This document shows, piece after piece, positions 10,387-22,029 of a DNA stretch of 64,000 bases (position 1 is its first letter; the number at the start of each line of letters is the position of its first letter). The notes beneath the pieces are model-generated. The model made no database searches, was not told the origin of the DNA, and saw nothing but the letters and a program-made list of their open reading frames with translations. The stretch comes from an uncultured virus (IMG/VR IMGVR_UViG_3300050821_002105) (Duplodnaviria; Heunggongvirae; Uroviricota; Caudoviricetes): IMG/VR virus record IMGVR_UViG_3300050821_002105; one strand, written 5' to 3'. The position numbers and the translations under genes are program-made.

Positions 10387-11157
10387 ATGAATGAAGCACA
10401 AGCAGCGTTGCTGCTGGACCCGTTTGCGCCCGAGAGCGTGGGTCAGAAGCCCAAGAAGAACAAGCAGACCGGAGAAACGGTTTGGTTGGATTACGTTGGT
10501 CATGCTGAAGTTACGGAGCGTCTATGTCTGGTAGATCCAGAATGGACCTACGACTTCTTTGCAGTGGGCGACGATGGTGGACCGCTGATTCGCACAAGCG
10601 ATGATGGAAAGACTGCCGAGCTATGGATCAATCTGACAGTAGCTGGCATCACTCGTCCTGGTGTTGGAACGGTCAGCACCGAAGCCTGGTCAGGTGAGGT
10701 TGCAAAGGAACTGATCTCTGACGCTCTCCGTAACGCCGCCATGCGCTTTGGTGTAGCGTTGGACCTATGGAAGAAGCACGCTCCGATTGGACAGCCACAG
10801 GTCGCTACGTCTGCTTTTGTCCCAGGTTCCCAGGCATCTCCAGCGCCGTCACAAGATCACCCTGCACGCAATAGCGGTCCGATCACACAGGGTCAGAGTC
10901 GCAACCTCTATCGTCTGTGGCACCACGTTCTGAAGTTGGACAAAGTTGAGTACCTAGAGCAGATTCTGATTGCTACCGGCCTGGGGATTCAGGACGACCG
11001 CACGCTAGATTCGAAGTCGGCCTCTATGGTGATTCGTCACCTGAAGGAGATGGCTGGCGAGCCGGTAGATGATGTTCAGAGCGCCCCGACAGTCGGGAAC
11101 AACTCTGATGGTGATCCAGGCCCGCAAGAGCCTAGCTGGAATCAGGAGCCGTTCTAA
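10387..11157 (+). CDS. Rad52/Sak-like single-strand annealing protein
   Basis: LDYVGHAEVTERL..VDP.W...KELISDALRNAAMRFGVALDLW; acidic tail ending EPF; adjacent to exonuclease. Confidence 0.8.
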   Translation: MNEAQAALLLDPFAPESVGQKPKKNKQTGETVWLDYVGHAEVTERLCLVDPEWTYDFFAVGDDGGPLIRTSDDGKTAELWINLTVAGITRPGVGTVSTEAWSGEVAKELISDALRNAAMRFGVALDLWKKHAPIGQPQVATSAFVPGSQASPAPSQDHPARNSGPITQGQSRNLYRLWHHVLKLDKVEYLEQILIATGLGIQDDRTLDSKSASMVIRHLKEMAGEPVDDVQSAPTVGNNSDGDPGPQEPSWNQEPF

Positions 11158-11158
11158 G

Positions 11159-11461
11159 ATGCCAATCTACCGAAGGAAAGGACCAAAGGTGGAGGCGCGC
11201 CAGTTTATTAACGAACCTAGTAGCAATGGTGTCGAATTGGCTCAATGGTGCGGTGGCAAATTTATGGGAGAGATTACCTCTGAGGGTTCTCGTTACTTTA
11301 TCGTCGTACCCGATTCTTCTCCTAGTCCTAGTTACACAAGTCACGCAGCGCCGGGGGACTGGATCTTATCACAGGATCACCATTTCACTGTTTCAAGTGA
11401 TGCCCTTTTCCTGACTCTACATGAAGGTCCAATAGCAGATGAGACAGCAAATGGTGACTGA
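11159..11461 (+). CDS. Conserved phage protein (YRRK..VEA.QF family)
   Basis: Motif plus PGDWI. Confidence 0.55.
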   Translation: MPIYRRKGPKVEARQFINEPSSNGVELAQWCGGKFMGEITSEGSRYFIVVPDSSPSPSYTSHAAPGDWILSQDHHFTVSSDALFLTLHEGPIADETANGD

Positions 11462-12231
11462 AGTTGGCCGAGCGAAACGCACTGGATGGGTTGTACACAA
11501 GTTTGAAGACATCACCCGTGAAGATACCGCGCACAAGCTGGCTGAAGCATGGCTACAGGTCAACGCTGGCAATTTCAAGTTTAAGAGCATGGTAGTAGAG
11601 GGCGGCATCGTCTATATAGCGGGAGTATTGTTTTAATGAGTCCAGAAGAAGGCCCACTTACACCAGACCGCATTGCAGCGGGTATCCAATACTACATTCG
11701 TAAGCTGTCTGAAGCTACGGATGCCTACTCTGTCGCGTCCGACAAGAAGGCAGAGACTAAGGCCGAGCTTCAAATCCAAGAAGCCAAGAGTCGCACTTAT
11801 TTCCGTTCAGAGGTAACGAAAGACTGGGAGCGGCGTCCCACAGAGCAGCAAGTCGAAGACTACTGCACTATTGAATGTGAAGAGGAACTGAAGGCCAAGC
11901 TACATGCGGAAGCCAGAGAAGAAGCACTGAAGATTAGCGTGCGATCTCTACAAAGTCGCCTTGACGGCACACGCTCTTTGGGTGCGAGCCTCAGGAGTAA
12001 TCTTGACTGACGGCCGCGGACTACCAGAAGCCTCATGTGATAATCCAATCGCGGCGGTGTACCTAGAGCGAACTGTACAGATACAAGCTGACACCATTGA
12101 GAAGCAGCAGGTACTGATTGGCTTGATGCAGCAAACGATAGACGAGCAAGCGCGTATCATAGATCAATTAAAAGAAGAGAAGGATTCCCTTACATGGGAG
12201 ATCCAAGAGATGAACTAGGAAGGAGAATACA

Positions 12232-12564
12232 ATGAGCATCTTTAGACCTAAGACATTCAATCCGTACCGGGAGGCGCTTAAAATCTTGGACAACGGGAAC
12301 CACTGGGGTCAAGGCTGGGGCAGAGAGGAAGTGGACTGTATGGTATCAGCTATGGGCTTCGTCAGCGAGAGCTACTACGGTAACGCCAGCCTGTTGACCA
12401 ACGGCACTCTGCTGCTACCGGAACGTATAGCAGCAGAACTCTTTCCCGATAGATGTGACAAGAGTGCAGCGCTCTGGGTTTTTAACGATCACAAGGATAC
12501 CACCTTCGAAGATGTGAGAGTGGTGTTCGAGAGAGCAGCAGTTGAGTATGATTCGAGGGTATGA
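12232..12564 (+). CDS. DUF6197-like phage protein
   Basis: W.QG...C...AM...FNDH..TTFEDV..VF. Confidence 0.55.
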   Translation: MSIFRPKTFNPYREALKILDNGNHWGQGWGREEVDCMVSAMGFVSESYYGNASLLTNGTLLLPERIAAELFPDRCDKSAALWVFNDHKDTTFEDVRVVFERAAVEYDSRV

Positions 12565-12896
12565 AACGGGGAACACTAAAGCATGGTAATAAGAAACTCC
12601 AAACCCGTAAAACGCTAAAGGCATCTAAGCGCCCCATTTCTGGCACATCAAAGCGGATAGACAAATATGAGCGAGAATTCCTCAGAGTCAGACCAGACAT
12701 ACTGGACCGTGACCGAGATAGGTGCAGGGTTAGAGTCGATGGTTGCTGGCGGCGAGCGCAGCACGTCCACCACATTCTACCGCGATCTCGGGGAGGATCA
12801 AACGATCCGAGTAATTTGCTATCCATCTGTCTTTGGTGCCACCAATATGTACATGAGAATCGTAAGTGGTCCGAGGAAAAAGGGTTTCTAGCTTGA
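12561..12896 (+). CDS. HNH endonuclease
   Basis: HVHHILPRSRGG...NLLSICLWCHQYVH. Confidence 0.85.
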   Translation: MKRGTLKHGNKKLQTRKTLKASKRPISGTSKRIDKYEREFLRVRPDILDRDRDRCRVRVDGCWRRAQHVHHILPRSRGGSNDPSNLLSICLWCHQYVHENRKWSEEKGFLA

Positions 12897-13606
12897 CTTA
12901 TGGCTCAGACTCTGCTATGATGGTAGGTATGACCGACTTGCCTAAGCTAACCCCAGATCAGGGTTGGCCCTTAACCGAAGAAATACCAGTTCACACCGAT
13001 GACGATCCTGTCTGCGTAGCTCATACGCGGTGGTTTCCGTGTCTGACACCGGATCACCGCTATGACAGTCCTAACAGGAATTGCATGGTGGTCAGGGACC
13101 ATCGCTGCGCTGAGATCCTACGCCAGTATCATCAAGGCGAGGCAACTCTTGGTCAGACTAACGTAGCGCTGGCAAAAGAGCTAAAGAGGGGCCTAGCAGT
13201 CAAAGTGGTCAAGAATGAAGGAGTGATAGCGTGAACAGCCCATTCCGGTTCAGTAATCTGGTTCTGATTATCGGTTGGATATTGTTCATTGATGCAATCA
13301 TTCTTGGATTTATCGGCGCAACCTCCATCTTTAATGTTGTGTGGATCATAGCGTTGTGTGTTGGGGTACTCGGCTTTGCTGTCGAGACTCACCAGAACGC
13401 CTGGGAAGCGATGCAACTATGGTTTGGCTAATCGTCGGCCTTGGACTTCCGTGTGCCATGATCCTAACTGCCGCTTTGGCGTATGACTATTACAGTCCAA
13501 AAGCAGGAGCGCCACCTACGCCGATACCATTCGTGACCATGTGCGTGCTTCTCTTCCCCGTCTTCCTGCCCATCCTGGTAGGTATCGAATTCTCTAGGAG
13601 ACTTCT

Positions 13607-14158
13607 GTGACCGCAATCGCTGGTGTGGAATATGACGGAGGGGTAGTCATAGGGGGGGATTCGGCTAGCACGGATTCTCGTTTTGGCAGGATGCAGGCTA
13701 TCGCTCCGAAGGTCTGGGAATCAGGAGAGTGGGTTTTCGGAGGTTGCGGTAGCTGGCGAATGATGCAACTAGTTCAATACAATCTAGATCTACCTAACAT
13801 CCCTGACGGTGAAGATGATATGGACAAGTTTCTAGCATCAACCTTCACGGATGCCTTGCGATCTGTCTTGGTAGATTCTGGTGTAGTCTATTCAAAGAAC
13901 GCCGTCGAGGATCTTCTGGGAGACTTTTTGATTGGGATTCGCGGCTCTCTCTATCTTCTGCAAGAGGATTTCTCGTTTGTGCGAAGTGCTGGCGGTTATT
14001 GGGCTACCGGGTGTGGCTATGATCTGGCCCTAGGGGCGCTATATGCCACAGAAGCCCTAGATCCCCATGACCGAGTAGAAATTGCCTTAGAGGCAGCCGC
14101 AGAACACAATGGGGCTGTTATGGCTCCGTTCACTATCATAGATAAGCCGAATGGCTGA
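13607..14158 (+). CDS. HslV/proteasome-beta-like Ntn protease
   Basis: N-terminal (M)T nucleophile, GGDSA, K, ATGCG...ALGAL. Confidence 0.75.
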   Translation: MTAIAGVEYDGGVVIGGDSASTDSRFGRMQAIAPKVWESGEWVFGGCGSWRMMQLVQYNLDLPNIPDGEDDMDKFLASTFTDALRSVLVDSGVVYSKNAVEDLLGDFLIGIRGSLYLLQEDFSFVRSAGGYWATGCGYDLALGALYATEALDPHDRVEIALEAAAEHNGAVMAPFTIIDKPNG

Positions 14159-14909
14159 TTGGGATGACGATCTATGCCAAGCCTGGCGTATCCTCAACGG
14201 AGACAGGCCGATCCCAGGAAGCGCTGATCGCGAGGCTGACAAGTGTGGCGCAGAGTTACGAAACAGAGCCATCCGAGAGCTTGAAGACTTCCTTGATCTC
14301 TCTCGCCAAACAAGTCCAAAACGTTATTGCAAAAGAGTGGCAGGAGAAGGAACCCGACACCTTGGGTTCGGTCCCTGTAAGAGGCATTTAGGAAATATGG
14401 CCAATATAGAGAAACGCTATCTACCAATGGCAGCCGGAAGAGATCTCAGCACCCTAGCAGAGCTATGGGATGAGCCGGTGGGCCTAGATCCTGTACCTGT
14501 TGAGGCAGCACGCCTGGTTCTAAAGATGAAGAAGACGATGCTTGTGCTGGAACAGTTGGCGATTGAGTTGAACCAGCTAGAGGCAGAAGACAACCACGGA
14601 CGCCTACAAGCTAGACCAATCATGGAAATGTGGGAACGCAGCCAAGAGCGCTTCGCTGACATTATGAAGTTCGCGCTGAAGTACGATCTCTCTGAGAGGC
14701 GTCTACAGTTGCAGGAGCAGCAGGCCAAAGACGTTGGTACCGCAATCCTTCGAGTGGTCATGGACCCGACGTTACAACTAACAGACGACCAGCTAGATAA
14801 GATCCGCATGAACCTTGCTAGCGAGATGGCGTTACTGTCAGATACCTTAAAGCCAGACTGGATGAAAGACGAGTTTGACGTAGTAGACGTGGACGTAGAT
14901 GATGACTGA
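14151..14909 (+). CDS. Probable terminase small subunit
   Basis: CKRVAGEGTRHLGFGPCKRHLG Zn motif followed by helical oligomerisation region, as in actinophage TerS. Confidence 0.55.
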   Translation: MADWDDDLCQAWRILNGDRPIPGSADREADKCGAELRNRAIRELEDFLDLSRQTSPKRYCKRVAGEGTRHLGFGPCKRHLGNMANIEKRYLPMAAGRDLSTLAELWDEPVGLDPVPVEAARLVLKMKKTMLVLEQLAIELNQLEAEDNHGRLQARPIMEMWERSQERFADIMKFALKYDLSERRLQLQEQQAKDVGTAILRVVMDPTLQLTDDQLDKIRMNLASEMALLSDTLKPDWMKDEFDVVDVDVDDD

Positions 14910-16774
14910 AAACGAGAACTTTCCGACGAGGGGGCGCATTATCCACACCCCGCCCTCACCCCCGCCCCCGCCCCACCATTGTGACCCCTACGGTGCGGTA
15001 GGAAGCATGCCAGACGGCACACAGTGGGCTTGCGACGTGTGCAACCGAGTGTGGATTTGCGCCAGCGAGTGGGAATCTGAGTATGGATTTAGCGGCGGTT
15101 CGTGGTGTCCCCCGAGATGGATGCCACTGGTTCGTCGTACTGGGTGGTTCAAGCGAGAAGCCGTTTTCGACGGAAGGTCACCCTGTGGTTGAAATCCCCG
15201 ACATTACGACAAAGAGCCGCGACTACACATACATTCCGATAATCAGTCCCGTTCTGACCTGGCTATTTGGTAAGTGGTTCGCCATGTGGGGATGGGGGCT
15301 TGATGAACATGGTAATCTGGTAAAGAAAAGTAAAGAACCAAACAAAGGAGCAACAACATGACAACTGGCGATGGATACCCATTCGCTATTCCCACCTGGA
15401 CGCTCAGCGAAAGTGTTCCGGCGCTCACAGATAAAGACGCCTTGGACTATCTGACGTTTGTGTTGGGCGACCAGGCCAGCAGCGCCGGATACGTTTACGA
15501 GGCTGCCGCTCTGACCGTGCTGCGGACGGGGCGCACCATTACGCCCGTGACCGGCGACTAATGCCACCCATTAACGACATCTTCGTCCTGCTGAGCATTA
15601 TGGCTGCCGTTGGTGTGTCTATTTGGTATGGTATTAAGGCGTTCGTATGGTGGGCAACGAAGTACGGCGACTAATGCCGCTAATGCCACCACCCCAAAAA
15701 GTAAAGTACGGTGAGTTGTAAGGTGAGGCGCATGTACGATATAGATAACGTTCCGTGTCCGAACCCGGAACAGCACCCAGGACGGTCACTTGACATTAAG
15801 GGTGGAAGTGTGATAGAGTTGCCATACGAAGTCGTAGGGCACCTTCCAGGTAGCTATACTACGTTTTGTGAAGCGTGTCAACATTGGATCCAGCTAGAGG
15901 TCCGTGGAGACATAATAATTTGAAGGGAGAATGATCTCATGCCACTTTTCGAAGTGATCGTAACCGAAACTCGGAGTTTCTATGTTGACGCTCCTGGCTT
16001 CGGTGAAGCCCAGAGCTACGCCGACAATTGTTGGCATGAATACGATTGTGACGACCTAGTTGTTGAGATTTGGGCAACGGTCAAGCCCTACAACAATTCT
16101 ACTGTAGCAGTCGTGACGGATCCAACCCAACTGCCCGAGTATCTTACCGGATCTGAATGGATTGAGCAGAATGGGTAAGAAAAAGGACAAGAAGCGCATA
16201 GTCGAACGCACGCATGGACAGATCCTACAGCGTGCAGCTAGACTCACAACCGCCATAGATAACAGCGTAGAGGATTTTTCTGCTGCTCAGTCGTGGCTGT
16301 TCTTACAGATTCTGAACGAATACATCCAAGATCGCCTGGACAGCCTGATAACCGACCACATAACCGACCATATTAGTTAAGTTCTTTGCCGGGTGGGTTT
16401 CCTTTCCCTTTCCTTAGCCCATCGCTGGCAAGCGGCACACTCGCAGGCCCTCGTTCGTCGTCTCCCTTTCTCCGACGTTTCGGGGGTCGTGCCGCGTCTG
16501 GGGGTTGACATTGGGATCTAGATATGGTAAAATGGCTCCATGACTGAGGAACAGAATGTCGAAGAGAAGCAAGAAAAGAAGATGGTGCATCCTATCCAAA
16601 GTATGCACTGGACTGTTCGCCGTCACCGGTTGACGCCAATCTGGCGCTGGTCTGTGAATGTTGATGGTGCCGTCAATGCAGGATGGGGTTTGGGCCGCAG
16701 ATCAGCCACACGACAAGCTGAACAGGTTCTTCGTATGTGGCACCTACAAATTGCGACGATTGGAACGATGTTCT

Positions 16775-17185
16775 ATGTTTAAGTCGAAGTTTAAGTCGAA
16801 CGTGATGGATCCAGAACTGAAGCAGAAGTGGATTGATGCCCTATTGAGCGGGCATTACCACCAAGGAAACGGCAGTCTTCGTAATGCAAACGACGAATTC
16901 TGCTGCCTAGGAGTCCTAGCCGATCTCGTTGAACCAGATGGATGGGAGGCGATCCCCAGCGTGATCACGCCCGGAACCTGTGGTTACGAATTCAGGGGCG
17001 AACCCAACTGTGAGTTCCTACCCGAAGACCTTGCAAAGGCACTCGGCCTGACGAGAGCCAAGCAAGAGTGGCTTGCTGCGATGAACGACGGCGGCACTTG
17101 GCATGATGCGGATACTCTGGAGGGTCACGATGAAAACAAGCTTTCGTTTGAACAGATCGCTGCGCGCATTCAGAAAGAACTGTGA
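16775..17185 (+). CDS. Conserved phage protein (KWI.AL.SG.Y.QG...CCLGV...ND)
   Basis: Motif pattern recurrent in phages. Confidence 0.6.
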   Translation: MFKSKFKSNVMDPELKQKWIDALLSGHYHQGNGSLRNANDEFCCLGVLADLVEPDGWEAIPSVITPGTCGYEFRGEPNCEFLPEDLAKALGLTRAKQEWLAAMNDGGTWHDADTLEGHDENKLSFEQIAARIQKEL

Positions 17186-17655
17186 TGGAGAGCTACGCTG
17201 TCATTATCGCTATATTGATGGCCTTAATCCTAATCCTAGCAGCGGTGCTGACGTTTGCCGCCACTCCGAACCGTAACTCGGTTGATAACCAAACGTGCTT
17301 CTCGGTACACCATGTAATGTCTGGGAATTCAGCGGTCATGTACTTTGACGGACACACCTATGATAACGTTATTATCAAAGAATGTCCAACGAACTGATGA
17401 CAACTGCCATGAATGATCCGAACTATCCGCATATAGCACGCATTGCCAATAAGATCGTAGCAGACGCAGAGGCATGGGTTAATGATCGTCACGCACACCC
17501 ATCGGCATTCTCTGGCGATACGATGGTAGACACGGATAGGGTGAAGTTCTACGATCAGGATGCTGACGTTATGGTAGATCCAACGGAGTCCCTGTGGTAC
17601 AGAATGCGTTGGGCCTGGGACGTACTAAGAGGGAGATATTGATTTCTGTTGCCAA

Positions 17656-17763
17656 TTGGCTCAGATTCATACACGGGTGTGTTGGTTTTTTCCAACAATT
17701 TGGCTTGAATTCATACACACCCCTGTTGGCGATTTTGGCCGCAATTGGCTTGAATTCATACTC
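17656..17763 (+). repeat. Repeat triplet TTGGC(TCAG/TTGA)ATTCATAC, module 1
   Basis: Copies at 17656, 17700 and 17745. Confidence 0.85.
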
Positions 17764-18505
17764 ACACCATTGCGCCAAACTCCATAGCCCCGCCGTTCCT
17801 CATGTACCCACCGAATCCGCTATATCCTAGCGGATTGGTAGGGATTGTCTGGTTTGGTTAGACGAACCAAACTATCGACCGGTCGGTACAAAATGCAAAA
17901 ATGCAGCACCCCCACCGCGACCCCGGTTAAGGTTGTCGCGTTAGTATGGCGCTGCTAGAAGTTAGCGGTAATATCGGGCTTTGTGATATACGCTCCTTTC
18001 GTGAGGAAGCCACCAGAGTACCACGCGGGCCGCTCGAAGTCAAGCGAGAACGTTAAAAGTTTAGAGTTTTATCCTTTATATTACTCAACTAAATTTTGGG
18101 CGCGTTCCCCTCCCCCCTCCCCCGGTTCCGGTTGGAGATGATCGGTTACTGTTCCTGCCTCTAGCATGACAGTTTTTGTCGCGGAAGTCAAGCAGAAATT
18201 CCAGAAACTTTTCGCTTGCATCCGGTAGGGCTATACTGTATAGTACCCGCATGGCACGAATGACTTACAAGGCTAGCGGCGACAAATACTGCGAGGGTCC
18301 GTGTGAGTGCTGCTCTATTGGCAACCGCGACCGCAAGAGTCGCCGCATCGCCAAGAAGATGCAGAAGCGCCGCGAGCGCCGCTCATGGGAGAAGGAGCGC
18401 CGCCAGGAGTCCAAAGAAATCTAAGAAAAAGGCTTGACTTTCGGGTGGGAATCCTTTAAGGTGGACTCAATCACGAAACGCCGAACGAACGAAAGGGACG
18501 GAAAC

Positions 18506-19666
18506 GTGACGATGGTAGAGGAAGAAGTCGCGACCAACGCGTGTTGTGGCTCTGAGATTGACGATTGGGCAGCGTGCGAACACTGTGGCGCCTGTGAGTC
18601 GTGCCATAATGTCTGCGAGGTCTGCGAGGACTGTACCGCGTCCCCGGCTTGCTCATGTTGCACTGACTGTTATCAGCTTTACTGTGAGTGCTGCGGCGTG
18701 TGCGGTAACGCTCCTGATATGTGCGAGTGCTGCCGAGAGTGCTGCGGCGGCGAGGACCACTACTGTCCGGAGTGTGACGGTTACACTTGTAGCGGGTGCT
18801 ATTGCACCAGCGAGAACATGCTGGGTTATGGTGAGGTTCCGGACTTTGTAGAGTACCGTGGAATTGACGGCACAATTCTGCTGGACTGTTACCACGGATA
18901 CCCGCCCGCTCCCGACTGCCAGCCGTACTTTGGCATGGAGTTGGAGGTTGAAGCGGTGCATGGTGACCAGTCAACTATCGTAGACATTTGGAACGATAGC
19001 GGTCATGGATGGTGTACCTATGACGGTAGTTTGTCGCGTGGGGCTGAGTGCAAGACGCACCCTACCGTTTATGAGAAGCTGCGGATATGGTTGCCTCCGG
19101 TGCTGCCTAAGCTGCGTGAGGCGGGCGCTAGGGCGTGGGGGTATGACTCCTGCGGATTGCACTTGCACCTGTCGCGTGCGTCGTTTAAGTCCCCTAGTCA
19201 CCAATGGCGGTTCTCCTACCTTCATGTTAGGGCGTTCCGGCGTGAGCTTATTCAGCTTGCTGGGCGCGAATCGCATTACGCTCAGTTCCCTGGTGCGGGT
19301 CGCACTGAGGCTCGGCCCTATGACACCGAAACGCCTATGCAGATTGTAGCCGGTAAGACGTACAAAACGGCTCGCGAGGTTGCGGTTAACGTGAACGAGG
19401 AAACCATAGAGTTGCGATTCTGGAAGGGTAATCTGAACCCCGTCTACGTTGTCGGGGCGATTGCGCTGGAACACGCACTGTGGCAGTATTCGCGGGTGCT
19501 GAATTCCAGAGACATTCAGGACACCGATTGGGACGCGTTCTCAACATGGGCAGCAGAAAACCTGTCGTTGGAACAGTTTAACGACATTCTCGCACTTTGC
19601 GACAACCGTAACGTGCGGTTCATGGGGACGGTCTTTGCAGGCCGTACCGGAAAGGGAAACGAATAG
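18506..19666 (+). CDS. Amidoligase (COOH-NH2 ligase type 2) with Cys-rich N-terminus
   Basis: FGMELEVE, DGSL, E..THP, SCGLHLHLSR, TIELRFWKG; start moved to GTG after GAAAGGGA RBS. Confidence 0.8.
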   Translation: MTMVEEEVATNACCGSEIDDWAACEHCGACESCHNVCEVCEDCTASPACSCCTDCYQLYCECCGVCGNAPDMCECCRECCGGEDHYCPECDGYTCSGCYCTSENMLGYGEVPDFVEYRGIDGTILLDCYHGYPPAPDCQPYFGMELEVEAVHGDQSTIVDIWNDSGHGWCTYDGSLSRGAECKTHPTVYEKLRIWLPPVLPKLREAGARAWGYDSCGLHLHLSRASFKSPSHQWRFSYLHVRAFRRELIQLAGRESHYAQFPGAGRTEARPYDTETPMQIVAGKTYKTAREVAVNVNEETIELRFWKGNLNPVYVVGAIALEHALWQYSRVLNSRDIQDTDWDAFSTWAAENLSLEQFNDILALCDNRNVRFMGTVFAGRTGKGNE

Positions 19667-19667
19667 T

Positions 19668-20576
19668 ATGTGCGTAATCATTGCCTGTCCACCGGGAAGA
19701 TTCCCGAAGTGGGACAACATCGTAGACGCTACATGGGAGAATCCTGACGGTAGCGGCTGGGTCATGCAGACGCCTAATGGGCTAGAGGTTTTTCGTAGCG
19801 CGTTGGACGTGGATAGCGTTATTAGTTCGTTCTGGACAGCGCGCGACGCCTACCCCAACGGCTGGGCCGTGTGGCACAGTCGGCTGGCTACTAGCGGCGG
19901 CATCAACGACGTGAACACTCACCCGTTTGAGATTCCCGGCAAGCCGTGGGCGCTGGTCCACAATGGCGTTCTACCGTTGGACGACGGACCTTTTAGGTCA
20001 GACCGTTCCGACAGTCGGATTCTGGCAGAGGATCATATCGCTAACCAGTCGTGGAAGCAGCTAAGGCGCAACGAGGATGCTATCGAGAACTGGCTGGGTA
20101 ACGATAAGGTGGTGCTGATTTCAGGGCGTCAAGAGCGCGGCGGTAACGTTATGATCCTGAATGAGCATATCGGCAAATGGGACCCATTTGACCAATGCTG
20201 GTACTCGCATCCGCTCTACGGTTGGCCTATGCGCCGCACTGCGTCGGCTCCTACCGCTGCGGACCTTGACGAATACGATTGGGAAAAGCAGGACATGTCA
20301 GATGACATTATCCGGCGTCACCTTGACGGAGAGACTTACGTTGACGACACCGGCCACACGCTCTGCGTTTACTGTGATGAAGTCCTAGACGATTGCCTAT
20401 GTTGGGATGACATTGACGACGCGGAAGTCGTGGACGATGACGACGACAGCACTTGGACGGCTGACGATGAAGCCGATTATGCGGCACTGTTTGACCAGGC
20501 GGAAGCGCGAGCTATTGCGAAGCAGTCTCTAGGTGAACCGCGATATGGCGGCTGGACCAACACTATCGACCGGTGA
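19668..20576 (+). CDS. Class II glutamine amidotransferase with acidic C-tail
   Basis: MC start, NPDGSG, HSRLATSG, NTHPF, HNGVL, SDS. Confidence 0.88.
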   Translation: MCVIIACPPGRFPKWDNIVDATWENPDGSGWVMQTPNGLEVFRSALDVDSVISSFWTARDAYPNGWAVWHSRLATSGGINDVNTHPFEIPGKPWALVHNGVLPLDDGPFRSDRSDSRILAEDHIANQSWKQLRRNEDAIENWLGNDKVVLISGRQERGGNVMILNEHIGKWDPFDQCWYSHPLYGWPMRRTASAPTAADLDEYDWEKQDMSDDIIRRHLDGETYVDDTGHTLCVYCDEVLDDCLCWDDIDDAEVVDDDDDSTWTADDEADYAALFDQAEARAIAKQSLGEPRYGGWTNTIDR

Positions 20577-21648
20577 CGAAAGGAGAAGGCAACATGCAGC
20601 GAAATTGGGAAGTGTTTCACACACCAGACGGCGATAACGTTAGGGTCATCCATGAAGGCCACAAGCAGCGCCGTTTGACTAAGCGCGAGATGCGAGCGAT
20701 TGCCTCTATGGGTAGCACCACACGAAAGGGACAAGAGCAATGAGAATCAGCGAAAGGGATGCCAGGGTGGCGCTAGAGGCTACTGCGAGGCTCTGTGACA
20801 GCCTCACGGACGACCTGCGGCAGTACGGACCAGACAGTCGCCTAAGCGGCGCCCTGGTGGAAGCAAAGCAAGTGCGAGAGAGCCTCAGTAGAAAGGTAGG
20901 AGAGGGATGAGACAAGATCCAGAACAATACGTTATCGTTATCGACCATGTGCCCGGTCAGGGCTGGGAAGCTCATATCGATCATGCAGATATAGACGCGT
21001 CCGTTGGCTGGGAATCCACCGACCCTATAACGTTACTGGCCGCGGTGGCTAGGGATCTAGTCATCAATGGGGACATTCGAGACACGAACTGGGCCGCACA
21101 CTGGGGTAGCTGGTAAAAGAATTTCCAGATTAGGACTTGACAACCAGAGCGAGAAGGATTAACCTTCTCATATGGAACACAACAGAGCCGGAACAACGAT
21201 AGACAAGGGAGTCACGGTCAGAAAATGTAAGTGCGGAGCGCAGTTTCGTGGAACCTCTGAGGATTCCGCAAATAAGCGTCACGCTCATATCCTGACCATG
21301 TGGCACCTGGAGCTTATCGTTCATCCTGAAACCCTGTTTGACTTGGAAGGAGGAGGGTAGTGGCAACGTACATATACATGCTGGACGATGGGATTAACAC
21401 TACCTCTCGCGAGTGCGAGAGTGACGCAGCAGCCATGCTGGCCGGTTCTGACTGGTCCTGGCAGGGTCGCATCGTTAAGGTGTCTCGCTTCGCCCGTTGT
21501 GCGTTTACCGGTAGCGTATTCTACGCCCATGTTGGATACGCCGAGAGCAATGAGGGAGAAAATGAAAACTTGGATTAGGTACTTGACATTGCGACTGGTC
21601 GCTGATATTGTGGCCTATATCGCAATCTAACGAAAGGGACAAACAGAA

Positions 21649-21786
21649 ATGCGTTACACCGATTTGACTGAGGATTTGGTTGAGGTCTATCCTGGTGGAT
21701 ACACCGGGGATGAGTTGGCTGACCTGGAAATGTTGGAGGATGAGATTGAGGCAGAGGGGGGCGATTTTTTCAACTTTGACGACTGA
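21649..21786 (+). CDS. 45-aa highly acidic protein
   Basis: Own promoter (TTGACA 21583) and GAAAGGGA RBS; 16 D/E versus 1 R. Confidence 0.6.
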   Translation: MRYTDLTEDLVEVYPGGYTGDELADLEMLEDEIEAEGGDFFNFDD

Positions 21787-21800
21787 AACACTAAAAGCCG

Positions 21801-22029
21801 GGAGGCTAGGGTCTAGGACTAGACAAGATGGGCGAGAGTCGTGGCAGTATGTCCTACACACCCCACGCCCTAGCCTCCTACAGTGATAACCGTAATAGGG
21901 TCTACGTTGGACCAACGGGGCGGTTCGATTCCGCTCCACCTAAGGGTGAGTGGGCGACTTGGCTACACTCCTAACCTGGCAAGCTGTGTAGGTAAGCTAG
22001 GGACAGCGTAGAGCCTATTAGGGTTATCA
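21801..22029 (+). ncRNA. Unidentified structured RNA with a T-loop hairpin
   Basis: 11-bp stem 21801/21868; long stem 21884-21907/22007-22029; GGGGCGG-TTCGATT-CCGCTCC. Confidence 0.6.

Noticed and set aside
18434..18505. TTG start of the amidoligase ORF
   Set aside because: It coincides with the -35 box of a promoter; the RBS supports a start at 18506
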